Shown here one piece after another: positions 12,137-24,600 of a stretch of DNA of 64,000 nucleotides. Under the pieces are notes generated by a model. That model was not told the DNA's origin. It did not search any database and worked only from the letters and a program-made list of their open reading frames with translations. Position 1 is the stretch's first letter. Each line of letters begins with the position of its first letter. The translations under genes and the position numbers were made by a program. The stretch is taken from assembly GCF_008831285.2 (NCBI RefSeq), contig NC_045138.2, positions 13,764,001 to 13,828,000 of the forward strand, written 5' to 3'. The stretch is from Nymphaea colorata. Taxonomy: Eukaryota.

Positions 12137-15027
12137 CACTCATTTAGTGGATTTGTGTTGGTTTTGACTGCTTGAAGGATATGTAATGAGATGGGTACAC
12201 AATAAACTAGTATGAACTCATGACTATTTCATAAAGTTGGGTGATAGCTACTGATGCAATCTAATGCAACAGTTGGCCGAGCGTATGTAAATGTTCACTT
12301 CAACTATTTCTAGTTGGGAAAGGTTGCTGTAGGGAAATGAATTCAACCTGGCTTTTTTACCCTTATTTTTTTTCGTGGCACTTTGTCGCACCTTCAATTT
12401 TTTTTTCTCTCTTCTGTCGTCTATTGGTTCTTTTATGCAGCTGCCGTTACTGCTTAGAATTGGTGGATATCATGGAGAGGAGAAAACCTGAAAACCAGTT
12501 CCAAAATGAGACTGGTATACAAGTGTAATAATTAGTAGAGTAGATGCTCCTTAGAGCGCCATTACCCACTTGTAGAAAGTTTATGTATTCTTACAAAATG
12601 GATATGTTTTCACACTTATAAATATGATTACGCATAATTTTAATAGAAAAAAGTAAATTCTAGCATAAGCATTGAACATCTTGAAAATCAGCGGCCCGCA
12701 ATGTACTTAAGTGATGTGGAGCTTGATCCTGTTGGAGATGAAAATACAGGACGGAAAACGGAGGAGAAGAAATCATGGGGATAGTACTGATGTCGATGAA
12801 CTGAAAGCATGTGGAAGACGAAGGAAGCTAGTTATGTGTAAACTGCTGTGCATGGCAAAAAAAAAATTGTGCACAGGAGCATCAAATGACCAAAATGTTC
12901 TTATTAAAATTTTTTAAAGATAAACTTTTTAATAAGGTAAAAAGAGATGGTGCAAAAACAAAAACAAGGTTCTAAATTATCCACTGCTTTATAAAAATTT
13001 TCAAAAAGTAACCCACCGTCGTTTGAAGTGTGCACGCAACTCAATCCAATCCAAATGTAGTATGAATACATTAGAGCGGAAGACACCAATTAAAGGTGAA
13101 AAAGACAACAGCCATCTTCCTTTTTTACAAGCTCATCAACATTCCTTTTCTTTGCTGATAAGGGAGCACCGTCGGTGGAGATGCCCCAGAGATCCTCTCC
13201 TGGATTCGCTTGAGAAGAAAATCATAGCTTTGTGGAGCCACATTTGCATCATACGCATATATTAATACAATCGCCGCTTTTACCTCTTCGCGTGGCCAAT
13301 CTATTCAGGCTCTATAATGCTTGCTTTCCACAACTACCGCAGAAGAAACGAATGTGTTCGGTCGCTTTTGTATCACCTTTGCAGAGTTCCATTTTTGTGC
13401 ACGATTCCTTTTCTGATGGTCATGGGGCAAACAGGCCCAATGCATGAATGCGATGAGTGGTTGCATACATGTATGCATGTGACGTAAAAAGAGGGGCTGG
13501 CGGCCGGCGGCGGACGCGACCGGAGCGATCGCCATTTTGCGAGTTCGAGTCCTACCCACCTAAAATGACAAGTTTAATTCCATATCCTTGAAAGAAAAAG
13601 CAACGTATAAAGGCAACCAGCAACTTTATAGCAAATTACGTAGCGTAATATCCTGCAAGTTTTTTGGCATGAACATTTAAGATATGGGCCGGAGACGGAG
13701 ACCAAGAACCTTGAGCAGACAGGATCTGTTTGTCGTTTCGATTATTGTCACATAAAATACGTATTATTTGAAAAAAAATACGTAAATACGTATTATTTGA
13801 GAAAAATGCGTATAATATCTGAGAAATAAGTCAGTCGTACAAAATGGCAATTAAACACATCTTTTAAAGAAAAATGCCAAAAAATAAAAAACATGAAAAA
13901 AAACATATTACATACTTTTTTGTTTTTTATTAATTTTTATTTTTTTTAATTTTCAAGATCTATTAAGTGTTTTAAATTTTTTAAAAATTTACCAAGATTT
14001 TCTTTAGATATTCCTGAAATATGCAACTTTACCATATTATACATGAGAAATTCCTTACCATATAATATTCGTACATAATAATAATATATGTAACAATGGT
14101 CTGAACTATGAAGCCGGGGAAGGTTCATCGAGGTCCAAAATCATAATGGTCATTCCAGATGAAAGCAGTTTGGTTCCTCCATAGCATGTCTGAATGAAGG
14201 CGCGGACAGCCAACTTGAGGGGGCTCAGATGAATATCCATACTATTTAAAAAAATGCAGTTAGCAGAAAAAATTACATTCTGAACACTATTTTAACAGAA
14301 GGGGATGCACTTCAGAACAATCTGAATAGGAAAAATATGTAGTTATGGTAGATCTTATAGAAAACATGGGGCGAATTGGTCTTTTCTTTTCTTGGCTCAT
14401 ATATTTTAGGTGTGGAGTCCATTACAAAAAAGAATCTAGAATTCTAAAAAGGTTTTAGAATATTGGCAACAAATTAAGGCGATTCATTCGCTATCTTTGA
14501 TTAAGTGGTCATTTTGGGGCGTCCCCCCCTTTTTTTTTATCGTGAGATGCAATAAAAATGGCAAAAGTGATATGCTGCAGGATCATCCATTGCTATCACG
14601 AAAATTTGATGCTTCTCCACCCTGAATGCTTTTATGAGGTCGATTCCCAGGCAACACCCACATAGCACGGACATAACCATGAGGACACTGGACACGCCAA
14701 CTTTTTAGCTGTTTCCTCGACAAGAAAGTATAAAAATAGATACTGAACGGGATTAAACTTGAAGCGTCCCTGTGAAGCAAAGCAACCCCGCGTCCACCAT
14801 CACTTTGTGCCTCGAGAATAAGTAGTGATGGCGTGACAAAACCTGGATAAAGCACTGTGGTAGCAGATATCACATCTATTCCGATCAATAACGATCCACA
14901 GAAAAAAGGAAGAAGATACCCTGAATTACGCCATTTCTTTTCCCTTCCGAACAAGTGCGCCCAAGCACCAATTATTCAATCACCTCCTTTGGCTACTGCA
15001 GCATGATCCTTCTTAGGTGCCGTCTTG

Positions 15028-15034
15028 TATATAA
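15028..15034 (+). promoter_or_regulatory. Putative TATA box of the small ORF gene
   Basis: TATATAA about 75 bp upstream of ATG 15109. Confidence 0.5.
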
Positions 15035-15108
15035 GGCTGTTTGTGCTGCTTCTGCTGACAAGCCTGGTTGCTCCAAATCCTGGATCACAGTTTCTCGCCT
15101 GAAGAAGG

Positions 15109-15327
15109 ATGGCTAAGCTTGGAATGCCAGCGATAGAGATGGCACCCCAACGCATTCTTTGGTTCGAAAGGCGGCCGAGCATGGACAGGAAGCTGGAAAC
15201 GATTCATGAAGAGTGTGACAGTGGCTGCTTCAAGGAAAAGCCACGCATTCAACAACCACCACCGCAAGCAAGCTTTGGAAAGGGTGGTCCTCATAATGCT
15301 GGCTTCTCGATCACTTGCTCCCCCTAA
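15109..15327 (+). CDS. Candidate 72-aa single-exon microprotein with RRPS and LETIHEE motifs
   Basis: ATG in a good plant context (gaaggATGGCT), upstream TATA box, protein-like composition, AT-rich downstream region. Contains RRPSxxxKLETIHEE, resembling LETIxEE motifs I recall from small uncharacterised plant proteins (not verified). Confidence 0.55.
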   Translation: MAKLGMPAIEMAPQRILWFERRPSMDRKLETIHEECDSGCFKEKPRIQQPPPQASFGKGGPHNAGFSITCSP

Positions 15328-15627
15328 CCTGTTCATCCTCACTTTGGGGCTAAGTTTATACATGCTATTGAGAAATTCATGGTTATGTTATACATATCTA
15401 GCTTCTCATATATAGCTCCAAAGGAAGGAGGCACTAATGATAAGTCCTTTAAAGCCCATATTATTAGCAAAATAAATGAAAATATGTTATAATACTGAAG
15501 GTGTAATAGTTGTTGAAACATGAAAGCATAGAAGTCCTTACAACATGTTCACCTGGAGGACTTGGTTCTGCAGCAGGTGGAAACACCATTTTACCGTTGA
15601 TGGGAATGCAAGCAGCTGGTAATTAGC

Positions 15628-15662
<35 letters not shown>

Positions 15663-16568
15663 TTCTGAAAAAATCATTTGTCATGGAGATGAGTACAAAG
15701 TTGCCCAGAGAAAAGAAGATAAAACAAGATAAGGAAGATGGTTTTGACATTGCGAAGAGAACAGCAGCTTTTGCTGATTCATAAAGTGAAATAGCGCTCT
15801 ATGGAAAAAGAATAACCACCGACCTAACTGGAAGATGGCCCAATATATTATTTTCCTAAAACTAGGGTAAGCTTTCGAATTGTTGGACCTTAGTAGGCGT
15901 AAATTTGATTCGTAGGAAAGAACGTGCGTGCAATCATTTTGCAAAATCCCACAGTAAATCATATGCAAATACAGAGTCATTCTACAAATGCAAATCAAAG
16001 AAATTAAAGTAATCCTTTTGAGGTTTGAACTCCTTTGACATATGCACACCATCAATCATTTCTACGAGTAGTCAGCAGGTATACCATCAAATGCATATTT
16101 GGAAATCTTGAATTAGGTCTCAACCCTGCCAACTTGCCCGAGCTTTCATGGTGTATTCCTCGTAGGTTGGTCAGTGCTCAATTTATATATAAAAAAAGGC
16201 TTACCCTCCAGTCTCCGGGTTTGTGTTACGCTCTACTGCAAGTCGGACATCACTAAGACGGGACGTCATTCAGAATACAGACTGAAATTAACAAGCACTG
16301 TAAGCAGATGGAACAATACAAACGAGGTAACCTTTGCAATGGCAGAAAGACAGAAGAGCAGGGCACAGGAAAATGAAGGATAATATTGGATACGACCTTT
16401 CTCCTTGCAGGAAGAACATTAACATCACTTAGAGGTGCAGAAGGACATCAGGCATCAGGTTGTTTACGGATGATAAAAGTAAATAGGCAAAGATTCATAG
16501 GAAGACCGCAAATAGATTGAGATCAACTGGCTGACAAAAAAACAAGATGCTTGGAAGACCTTTAAGCA

Positions 16569-16866
16569 CCATTACAATATTCAGAATATTGTTAGCCAAG
16601 GAAAACAAATATTCAATAATTTACAAGATCATTTGACACTTGACATTGTTGACCTGCCAGCAAATGTTTGGAAGACTTTTAAACATCGTAAAGACAAGAA
16701 GCCCTGAGTAAAAGTATAACAAGTCTGAAACTCGCAGTTCCACCATGTTCAAGGGCAACATGCAGTGCCATTACAATATTCAGAATATCGTTAGTTTCAT
16801 CGTTAGCTAAGGAAACAAAAAATATTCAATTACAAGATCATTTCACATTTTGACCTGGCAGCAAAT
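16569..16866. repeat. Imperfect ~100-bp local duplication
   Basis: CCATTACAATATTCAGAATAT..GTTAG..AAGGAAA..TTACAAGATCATTT..TTGACCTG.CAGCAAAT occurs at about 16569-16665 and 16768-16866. Confidence 0.75.
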
Positions 16867-17163
16867 TATGTAAATATATATAGTACGTGGAAACTGGCTT
16901 GTTCTCAATCGGAATAATAGCCACGTCACACCAATTCAGAGCCACTATTTTGCAATTATTTTTACCAACACCGTGATGGGTCCTGAAGAAAATCATAAAT
17001 TTTCTAGAGGGAGCGAGATGGACGCTTGGGTTCTTCCTCGATCCCAGACCAGAATTCTTTACCAGAATCAGCACATTTGGAAACTCCTTTATTTCAACAT
17101 GAGAAGTTGGACAAAATCGTAAAAAAGAAAGGCCACAATGCTAACAGGATAACAACCTTGGCA

Positions 17164-19726
17164 TCATTGGAGTTCATTTTCAGCCTCCGGTGCAGCAATG
17201 TTTTCGAGTCTCTGTTCTTCCAAAAGCTTCATTTGGCGCTCAGCGTGCTCCCTTTCACAAGCAGTGATACCCATGATAATGTCAAGCATTGTTCCCGTAG
17301 TACCAAAGAAGACCAGTGGGCCTAACGATTTCCTCTTTATCCCTACCGGAATTGCAAGCAAAGCACCAGCTATAGAAAAGATCCATGTTCCCAATGCACT
17401 GCAATCAACAAAAGAAAAAGCTTCTTACTAAGCATGTTTTACTGTCAAGAGTAAAGACAAAAGAAAAAGCTTCTTACTAAGCATGTTTTACTGTCAAGAG
17501 TAAAGAGGGGCTTGACAAATTGGCAGTATAATGGCTTCAAAATCAAGCAAATTAAAATCCATAAAAACCTATGAAGAAATGAAGGCATCTTGATAGATCC
17601 CCATCCGTCCAATGCTACTGGATAAAAATAAAATGCCAGGCAATTGACATCTTGCCTACTCAAGTTAGAAGAATTTGAAAGAGAAATATAGCTGCAGTTG
17701 TCACACAGTCAGTGTCACTATCCAAGCCAGGTTTTGCGTCAAAAAAGAAAAAGAAAAAGAAAAAAGTGTGTAACCCTCAGCTTGATCTGTTGATTACAAT
17801 GGGACCTCAACAGACTTTGAAATTCAGTGGAATCCACAAGAAGCAGGCTTCACAGGATTGAAGCTTTGTCTCCTTTATTTCCCTCCACCCCTAAATTCAG
17901 TTTCTCCCTTTTACTCTTCATAAACACCTTACCCTCATACTTGTTCCTGAGAGACAACGTAAATTGGTCAAAGCAGACAGGCGCAGTTGAAAGTTGGCAA
18001 CTGGAATCAGAGAATTATGTCACCAACTGATGAAATGCTGCAATCAAATGCGGTATTTTTATTCACTGGTTTCCCGCTCATGTGCATCAAATGATAGAGA
18101 AATTGTCTCAAGCAAAACATTGGGTCTACGAAAAACCTATTGCAGCCATTCTTCCTATGCAATCAAATTCATAAAAGGTAGAGAAAGAACGAACTCCGCA
18201 AAGCAAATCACCTCGTGAAATGTTAACGAGCAGTCTAGAATCTATTCCAATGAAATCCAACAAAATTATCTGATAGTTGAACAAGAAAAAAAGATAAAAG
18301 AGGATCATGGTTTACTGTGTTAATAGCATTTCACTGAATCTAGCTTTCGTAGTGAGAATGAATGTCCATTTACTAATTATGACCCAAATGAGACCCGATT
18401 ATGAACAATACAAATCAAATCAACCTAAGCACAACGTAAGCATCACCAGAAATGAAAAGTCGCTATATTTGTTTATTCGTCATATAGTTGAACTTTTTTC
18501 CTTCGGTTTGGCTGAAACTTATTCTGCATTTTCTAGGAAGACTACCAATGAGAATTACAAATTGGACAGCCATCCTATAAGTAAAATACCAATAGAAAAT
18601 TACATACTGAAAGAAATGATTGAAAATTTCAGTCAGACGTCGCCACCAAAACACAAACAAAATATGCTATCTCTATTAAGCTTAAACAAAAGCAATTATC
18701 TTCATTTCCTTTCCCGACAGAGGTCCCCAAAAAGCCAGACATGTTATTCTCGAACTCCAAATGTCAATGAGGCCCAGCCAGAGATGCCACAGCTTCAAAG
18801 AATTACTGATCAACTAATCCATGACAACCACTTTCCATGCGTTGAAAATACAATCAAGTTATATTGCCGTTAACAAGAAAACAGTCAATCACAATCACAC
18901 AAAACCCTCGAAAGCAGAAGAAAACCAAACAAAGAAACAAAACATCACTTTCTGTTCACGGGATATGGAGGCGGAACCTCCAAGTAGGAGGGAAAAATCA
19001 CTAACTCCCCGAGACACACCCTAAACAGGAGCAAGAGAACAGTGTTCATTACCTACGCTCTGAACCTTCCAACTCAACAAATCGATCTCTACCTACCCAA
19101 TTTGGTGGACGACCCCTACCAACTCAGCCCAAGACGCCTTCGCGGCTAAACTAGGCTAGCATCTCGCTCAGAGAGGATGTGCAAAGAACCCATCAAGGAA
19201 CAATCAAAATGAACGCCAAGAAAATAAAAGTTTTTCATCTACTGGTCTCAAAGGAAGCCACCTAGCTCGACAGATGCAGAAACAGGCAGCCAGAGAACAA
19301 TGGGAGAGAGACCCGGCAAAATGCGCCGGGCGGGTTCGTTTTTTTTCTTTTTTTTTTCCAAGAAAGCAACCTTCTTCAACAGATGCAGAAATGAATAACC
19401 AGAGGACATCGGAGACAGACCGGATAAAGTGTTCCAGTAGGTTTCTTTCTTCTGAAAGAAGCAGAAACGCATTACCTTTTCACTATAAGCAAAATTTAAG
19501 CCTCTAAAACAGTTCAGGATCGAATGAATACCACCCAAATAGGCGACCAACATAAGAAAATAGGGGTTTGTTTCATCAAGAAACAGGCAGCAACTATCTA
19601 AGCATCAATCGGGAAAGAGAGAAAACAAAAGCAGAAAACGCCATCAAGAAGAAGGAAAAATACTCACTTCGAAACAGAGCAATCCTCAAGTTGCTTCGGA
19701 CCTTCCGTGGCCCCAATCTTCTCCAT
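17164..19726 (-). CDS. Conserved hypothetical small membrane protein, 97 aa, 2 exons
   Basis: Exon 1 19726-19668 (ATG..TCG AA|GTGAGT) and exon 2 17398-17164 (TTGCAG|T GCA TTG GGA..) join in frame: MEKIGATEGPKQLEDCSVSNALGTWIFSIAGALLAIPVGIKRKSLGPLVFFGTTGTMLDIIMGITACEREHAERQMKLLEEQRLENIAAPEAENELQ. Two hydrophobic segments. I recognise it as a conserved uncharacterised plant protein. Confidence 0.85.
17408..17505. repeat. Perfect 49-bp tandem duplication next to the 3' splice site
   Basis: ACAAAAGAAAAAGCTTCTTACTAAGCATGTTTTACTGTCAAGAGTAAAG at 17408-17456 and 17457-17505. Confidence 0.95.
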
Positions 19727-21206
19727 GGTACCGCTCTCGGCGGTTCTGCAAAACCCTTCGTTTCCTCTAATCGGAGGATTTGGAACCCCTGTCTGTTTCG
19801 AGTTTTCATGCTCTGCTAAACTCGAACCACGACCCGGGCCTTTCTGTGGTTGGACAGGGGCAGAGTACTGGGCTCGGTACCCCGTCTCCGGTTTATATGA
19901 TCCAGACCCATTCACAATACGGCATCCCATGATCCGGTCTTTGACCAGATATAATATATCGAAGTTAATTTTGTATCAAAATCTCAGTATAGTATTGGGA
20001 ATCATTTGGTGTTAATTTGTTCCTTTCCCGGAATCAAACCTGACTAGAGGTCACGCTGGAATAACATCTCAGCCAGTTAGATCCGATGATGGAGCTCCAT
20101 TTAGTTTGTTCCAAACCCACATTAAAGGAGTCAACTCCATGATATTCTTAAGGGTAAATACCTAAAGAAGTAGTAGGTTCCCAACAGTGATTGAGAAATC
20201 AAGTGAAGACATCAGCTGGAACGATCAAGAGATAAAAGAAGTGTTAGCACCGGCAGCCTCATGATCAAGAAATATAAAGCAAGGGAGCTCCAGCGACTAG
20301 CTTGCTCAATGCACTATGAGCGCATTTGATAGCCTCGGATGTGATCTTAGCGTCGGCATTGATTGTTGACCTATTGTTTAAACAATCAGTAGATTTTTAA
20401 GGCCATGGTTTTCAAATTCCTTTCACATTGAGGAACCGTATCCAACAGGAGGTGTTAATATCTAAAGGACCATTTGAATAGGCGGCATTTCATTGTAGCA
20501 GTAGAACTTTACTCCCATCGTACATTCAAAGTTCCACCTTCCATCAAATGTGGAACAAAACTCCCGGGAGTTTTGGGTGGATCTCATATTTTAATACTAG
20601 CGATAAAGTCACACTGTGGGGATTCTCTTCTCAGCAAGGCACCGTCTCCTTCACCATCCCTTCAGGTATGGAATGGAAGACTCTCTCTCTCTCACGTTCA
20701 CAATCAGGGCTCCAAGATCTTTAAATTGTGACGGCAAACGCCCATATATGTAAGAGTTGAGGTAAACCTGATCTCGTTTAATATGCGAGAGGAACACTGC
20801 CAAATGTTTAGTTTAATTCGAGTCATTTGAGAGTAGTTTTAGAGTTTAATTATTAACTTTTTTTTGTTACGTTGCTCAATTTATTAAATGCGCCATCTAG
20901 TTCAAGAAATTCTAGGAAAGGCCTAGAACATGTCTCCTGATCACATTTGCTTCTGTTGTTACTTGTTCACTTGTAGGATGTTAGTTAGCACATAAAAAGT
21001 AATGGCTCAACTAAAGGAGCACAAACAAACAAGATGGTTTCCTATATACCATATCGTGTTTCCATTATATGTATGACATTGAGAACACAGCGTGTTCATG
21101 AAAAGACCACTACATTTTCCATCTACGCTGAAAATATCACCATCATTATGTTGCTCAAAGTGACAAACATGTAAAGTCCCCTGCTAGGCCCTGCCAGTAC
21201 ACACCC

Positions 21207-21221
21207 ACAAACACACACACC

Positions 21222-21280
<59 letters not shown>
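21207..21280. repeat. Compound microsatellite (CA)n(GA)n
   Basis: Read directly from the sequence, downstream of FAR-A. Confidence 0.9.
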
Positions 21281-21288
<8 letters not shown>

Positions 21289-21669
21289 GGAATATTATAC
21301 ATATATCCATTCAAGTAGAAACGGAAAGCTTCAAAGTATTACATATGTTTGACACCCTAAAATAACTTCAAACAGTACCAGCTTATATATATGGAACAAA
21401 ACATACAAGGCAATTATTGGAAACTGACATAGTAGGACTTCATCTCAGGAGAAAAAACATAATATTGGCACTTGTAAAGAATGGTCACATGGAGTTTGAA
21501 GATAAAATATAAGATTTACTTCACATTCTTAAGAATTAAGGTAGCTCCTTCACCCTTGTTTCTAATGCAGTGGCTGAAGTTCGTTCCTCAAGAAGTAAAG
21601 AGGGTAGCTTGTTAACATGATTGCGAGGGACAGCAGAACTACTTCACTTCCAGCTATCCTCAAGACTTT

Positions 21670-24600
21670 TCACCTCAGAACATACTTGATAATCCCAGGG
21701 ATGTGGATCTTCATAATGTAGTCCTCCCAGTTGATTGATTTTGGGTCAAAATCAAACAATTTTGCTTCTGAGTCATTGATCTTTGACCTCAACACATCCG
21801 AATTTTTGTCCTCAAACCTGTATTCATAGAGTTCAGCATTCATAATCCTCAGGGACATATATATTATATTTATGGAGCCATTAAACAAGTTTATCTGTGG
21901 AAGGCCAAGTAAATCAATTAGTCCCTCACCTTCCCTTGAAGAAAACATAAGGCTCATAGAGCTCAGCCAAGTACATCACAAAGTTGTATTTCCTTGTCAA
22001 ATTATTGTAGGTGCTGTTAAACAGTTTGCAGAACGCTTGGTTTGCCAAATACAGCCCCTAATGAAGGAAATGTGAAAAGAAGCTAGTATAAGAGCAACAG
22101 CTAAGAAAAAAAAAACATCAATCATCTCCATTGATATATCTTGGTTGGAAGACACCATACTACATAAATTTAAGAAGATGAATCATGTTAATGCATCGCT
22201 ACGTGAAGCTCTGTTAGCGACAGACCACTTATTGGCTACTGCGTGCTCATGCTTCTTAAGAAAATGTTGAACATTTTCTTGTGAAGCATGAACTGCTTTG
22301 AATTTCACATATGTGCACACGCAAGCGCACTGAAGCTTCGCTGCTTAAGAGGATATGATACGAAACTTAGGAGGAACGAGGGGGAAAGAAAGAAGAAATC
22401 AAGGGAGAAAATGTGAAACATACTCCTAGAGGTAGCTTATGATAGAGAGCCATGTATCTCCTGAAGCTCTCCATGTTGCTGAAGAGGGAGACCTCTCTCA
22501 CGATGATGGGCTTCCCATCCTTCCCGTAGCATGGGTTGGCCTTGAAGTAACGGTAGCCACACTCGACTATCTTGGAATACCTCACAGGATTCTGTACAGA
22601 GGATCCGACATGGTAGATGAACTGCGAACCCCGATCACCCGAGTGCACCGCCATGCTAACTATCATGGAATTAACCACCATATCACCTGGGATCTGCAAG
22701 AACAGATGATTAGACCCATTAACATTAATTGCCATTGTAATAGCAACAAAGGTACTAGATCTTTCCATAATTTATACTTGATAACTAATTGAGTAGATTT
22801 TGGTTATTCAATCAGACTGAAGTCTATCTGATATTTGTCCTAAATGTAGATGAACATCATCTTACCACATCAAGGATAAGCTCCCCATCGGCCAGAAAGG
22901 ATGTAAGCTTCCCCTTGCAGTAATTAACCAGCAAGCTGTCCACAGTTCTGCACATATGAATGAGAACAGTAAGATTAATCTTGTTTTAATTAGCAAGCTC
23001 GGGTTGGGTTCATCTCTACCAGATTTGCCAAGAGACTATTTCAGACACCGAACTCTCAACCTTTGTCAGCATGAAGGTCTTAAGGCGATCCCATTATTTA
23101 ATTGGTGCCTGAGTATCAGTTGCAGACATACCTTGTGCCTTCCATCCAACCGGGGAAAGGGTCATAATAAGTGCTCTCAATTACTGTAGGGCGTAGGATC
23201 ACCACTGGTATATCTCCCCTTTTTTCTCCAATCAACATCTCTCCCATGGCCTTTGTGAAGACGTAAGTGTTTGGCCAGCCAAACAGCTTTGCTCTGTAGA
23301 AAAATGTACATGGAGATTCATAAGCTATCTTGAAAAATGTACATGCATGCAGCTTTTTATATGCATGTTCATTGTGCTCCTGCAACCAGATCAACTTGCT
23401 TATGGGACTGTCGTATGTACCTTTGAAGGCCTAGGTGCTTCATGGCAGACCTCTCGGCCTCTTTCGTGGCGCCATCGGCCCGAAGTTCCTCCAATCTCTT
23501 GGTCATGAGCTGCACCTCAGCTTCTATATCTAGAGTCGAGTTTCCGGCGAGTGTTTGACCCATTCGAAATGCTGTCTCTGGTATCAACCCAGTTTCGGAG
23601 CCAGCAACATATGCTGTAAACCACAACAAACATACAAATAAAAGACATTATTTTACATTGACTACATCAATACCACATTCTAAAGCATGCTTTCGACCAA
23701 ATCTGCATCATTTAGGGGCCTCCTTTGGTTGTATTAAAGAACAGGACCGCTAAAGAAGGAACACATGCGCACACATATCTGCGCGCACAAAAGGAGTTAG
23801 TTATACTGCAATTTAGATGGGTTGCATATTTTCAAAACATGGTTGTTTATTTGACTGAAAATTTCATCAAATACTATATTCCTATGTTACCAAACAAGTG
23901 CGGGATCGTTCCCTTTAAGTGATTTATATATACAGTTAGAAGATTGATAATGGGTCAAACTAATAAATTTAAGTTCCCACTCCAAGAGTGATTTGTTTGT
24001 TTTAAAAGTAAACTTTTCTCAGATTTCTAGCTATGATTAATTTCTAACGCCAACAATGACCCGGATGACAACAGAAGTTTGGGTTTTCTAGGAATGTGTC
24101 CGTTGAATGACTTGGGAAGCTGTTGGTTCACCAACCACAACAGACATGGCCAACCAAGTTCAAGGAAACCCAGAATGTTAGGATCAGGTTTATGAACTCA
24201 TGCAATAGTTCCCGATCTTGTGCATTGGCGACATTCGCTTAGGACAATAAATCACCACCACCCAAGAGCACCTCTTCCAACCGTTGATCTTGAGAGATGG
24301 GCGGTCCAAGTAAGGTTGTGCACAGTTCACATCATATAAAATAAATTATACAATAGTCGCATTATACTAGGGATCAGAAGGAGTGGGTTCTTATGGTGCT
24401 GTACCGGTTGAGACGTGAAGGAGCATCTCCAGTTTTTGGCATGTTTTGGCAAAGTCCAGCACGTGCATGGCGCCCAAGGCATTAATCCGCAAAGCCGAAT
24501 CATATCTGCAATAAATATCCATTTCCAGGAAAGTGAGAAGGAGGAAGCTGACTTGGTAAACTGATATGGGTCGACAGATTTGGATCTAGACCCCACGCCG

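Noticed and set aside
12120..12140. AAGAGAGAGAGCAC resembling the 3' part of miR156/157
   Set aside because: It is the end of a (GA)n microsatellite, lacks the TGACAG 5' end, and has no complementary arm.
13490..13560. GC-rich stretch with B-box-like GTTCGAGTCC (possible tRNA or SINE)
   Set aside because: No cloverleaf, no convincing A-box and no tail or TSD.
18307..18873. 188-aa plus-strand ORF
   Set aside because: Lies antisense within the intron of the 97-aa gene; AT-rich with no domain features.
19594..19930. Alternative longer first exons for the 97-aa gene
   Set aside because: The frame starting at ATG 19726 joins exon 2 in phase at the GTGAGT donor, while the 19809 frame does not. 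An upstream in-frame extension is possible but unsupported.
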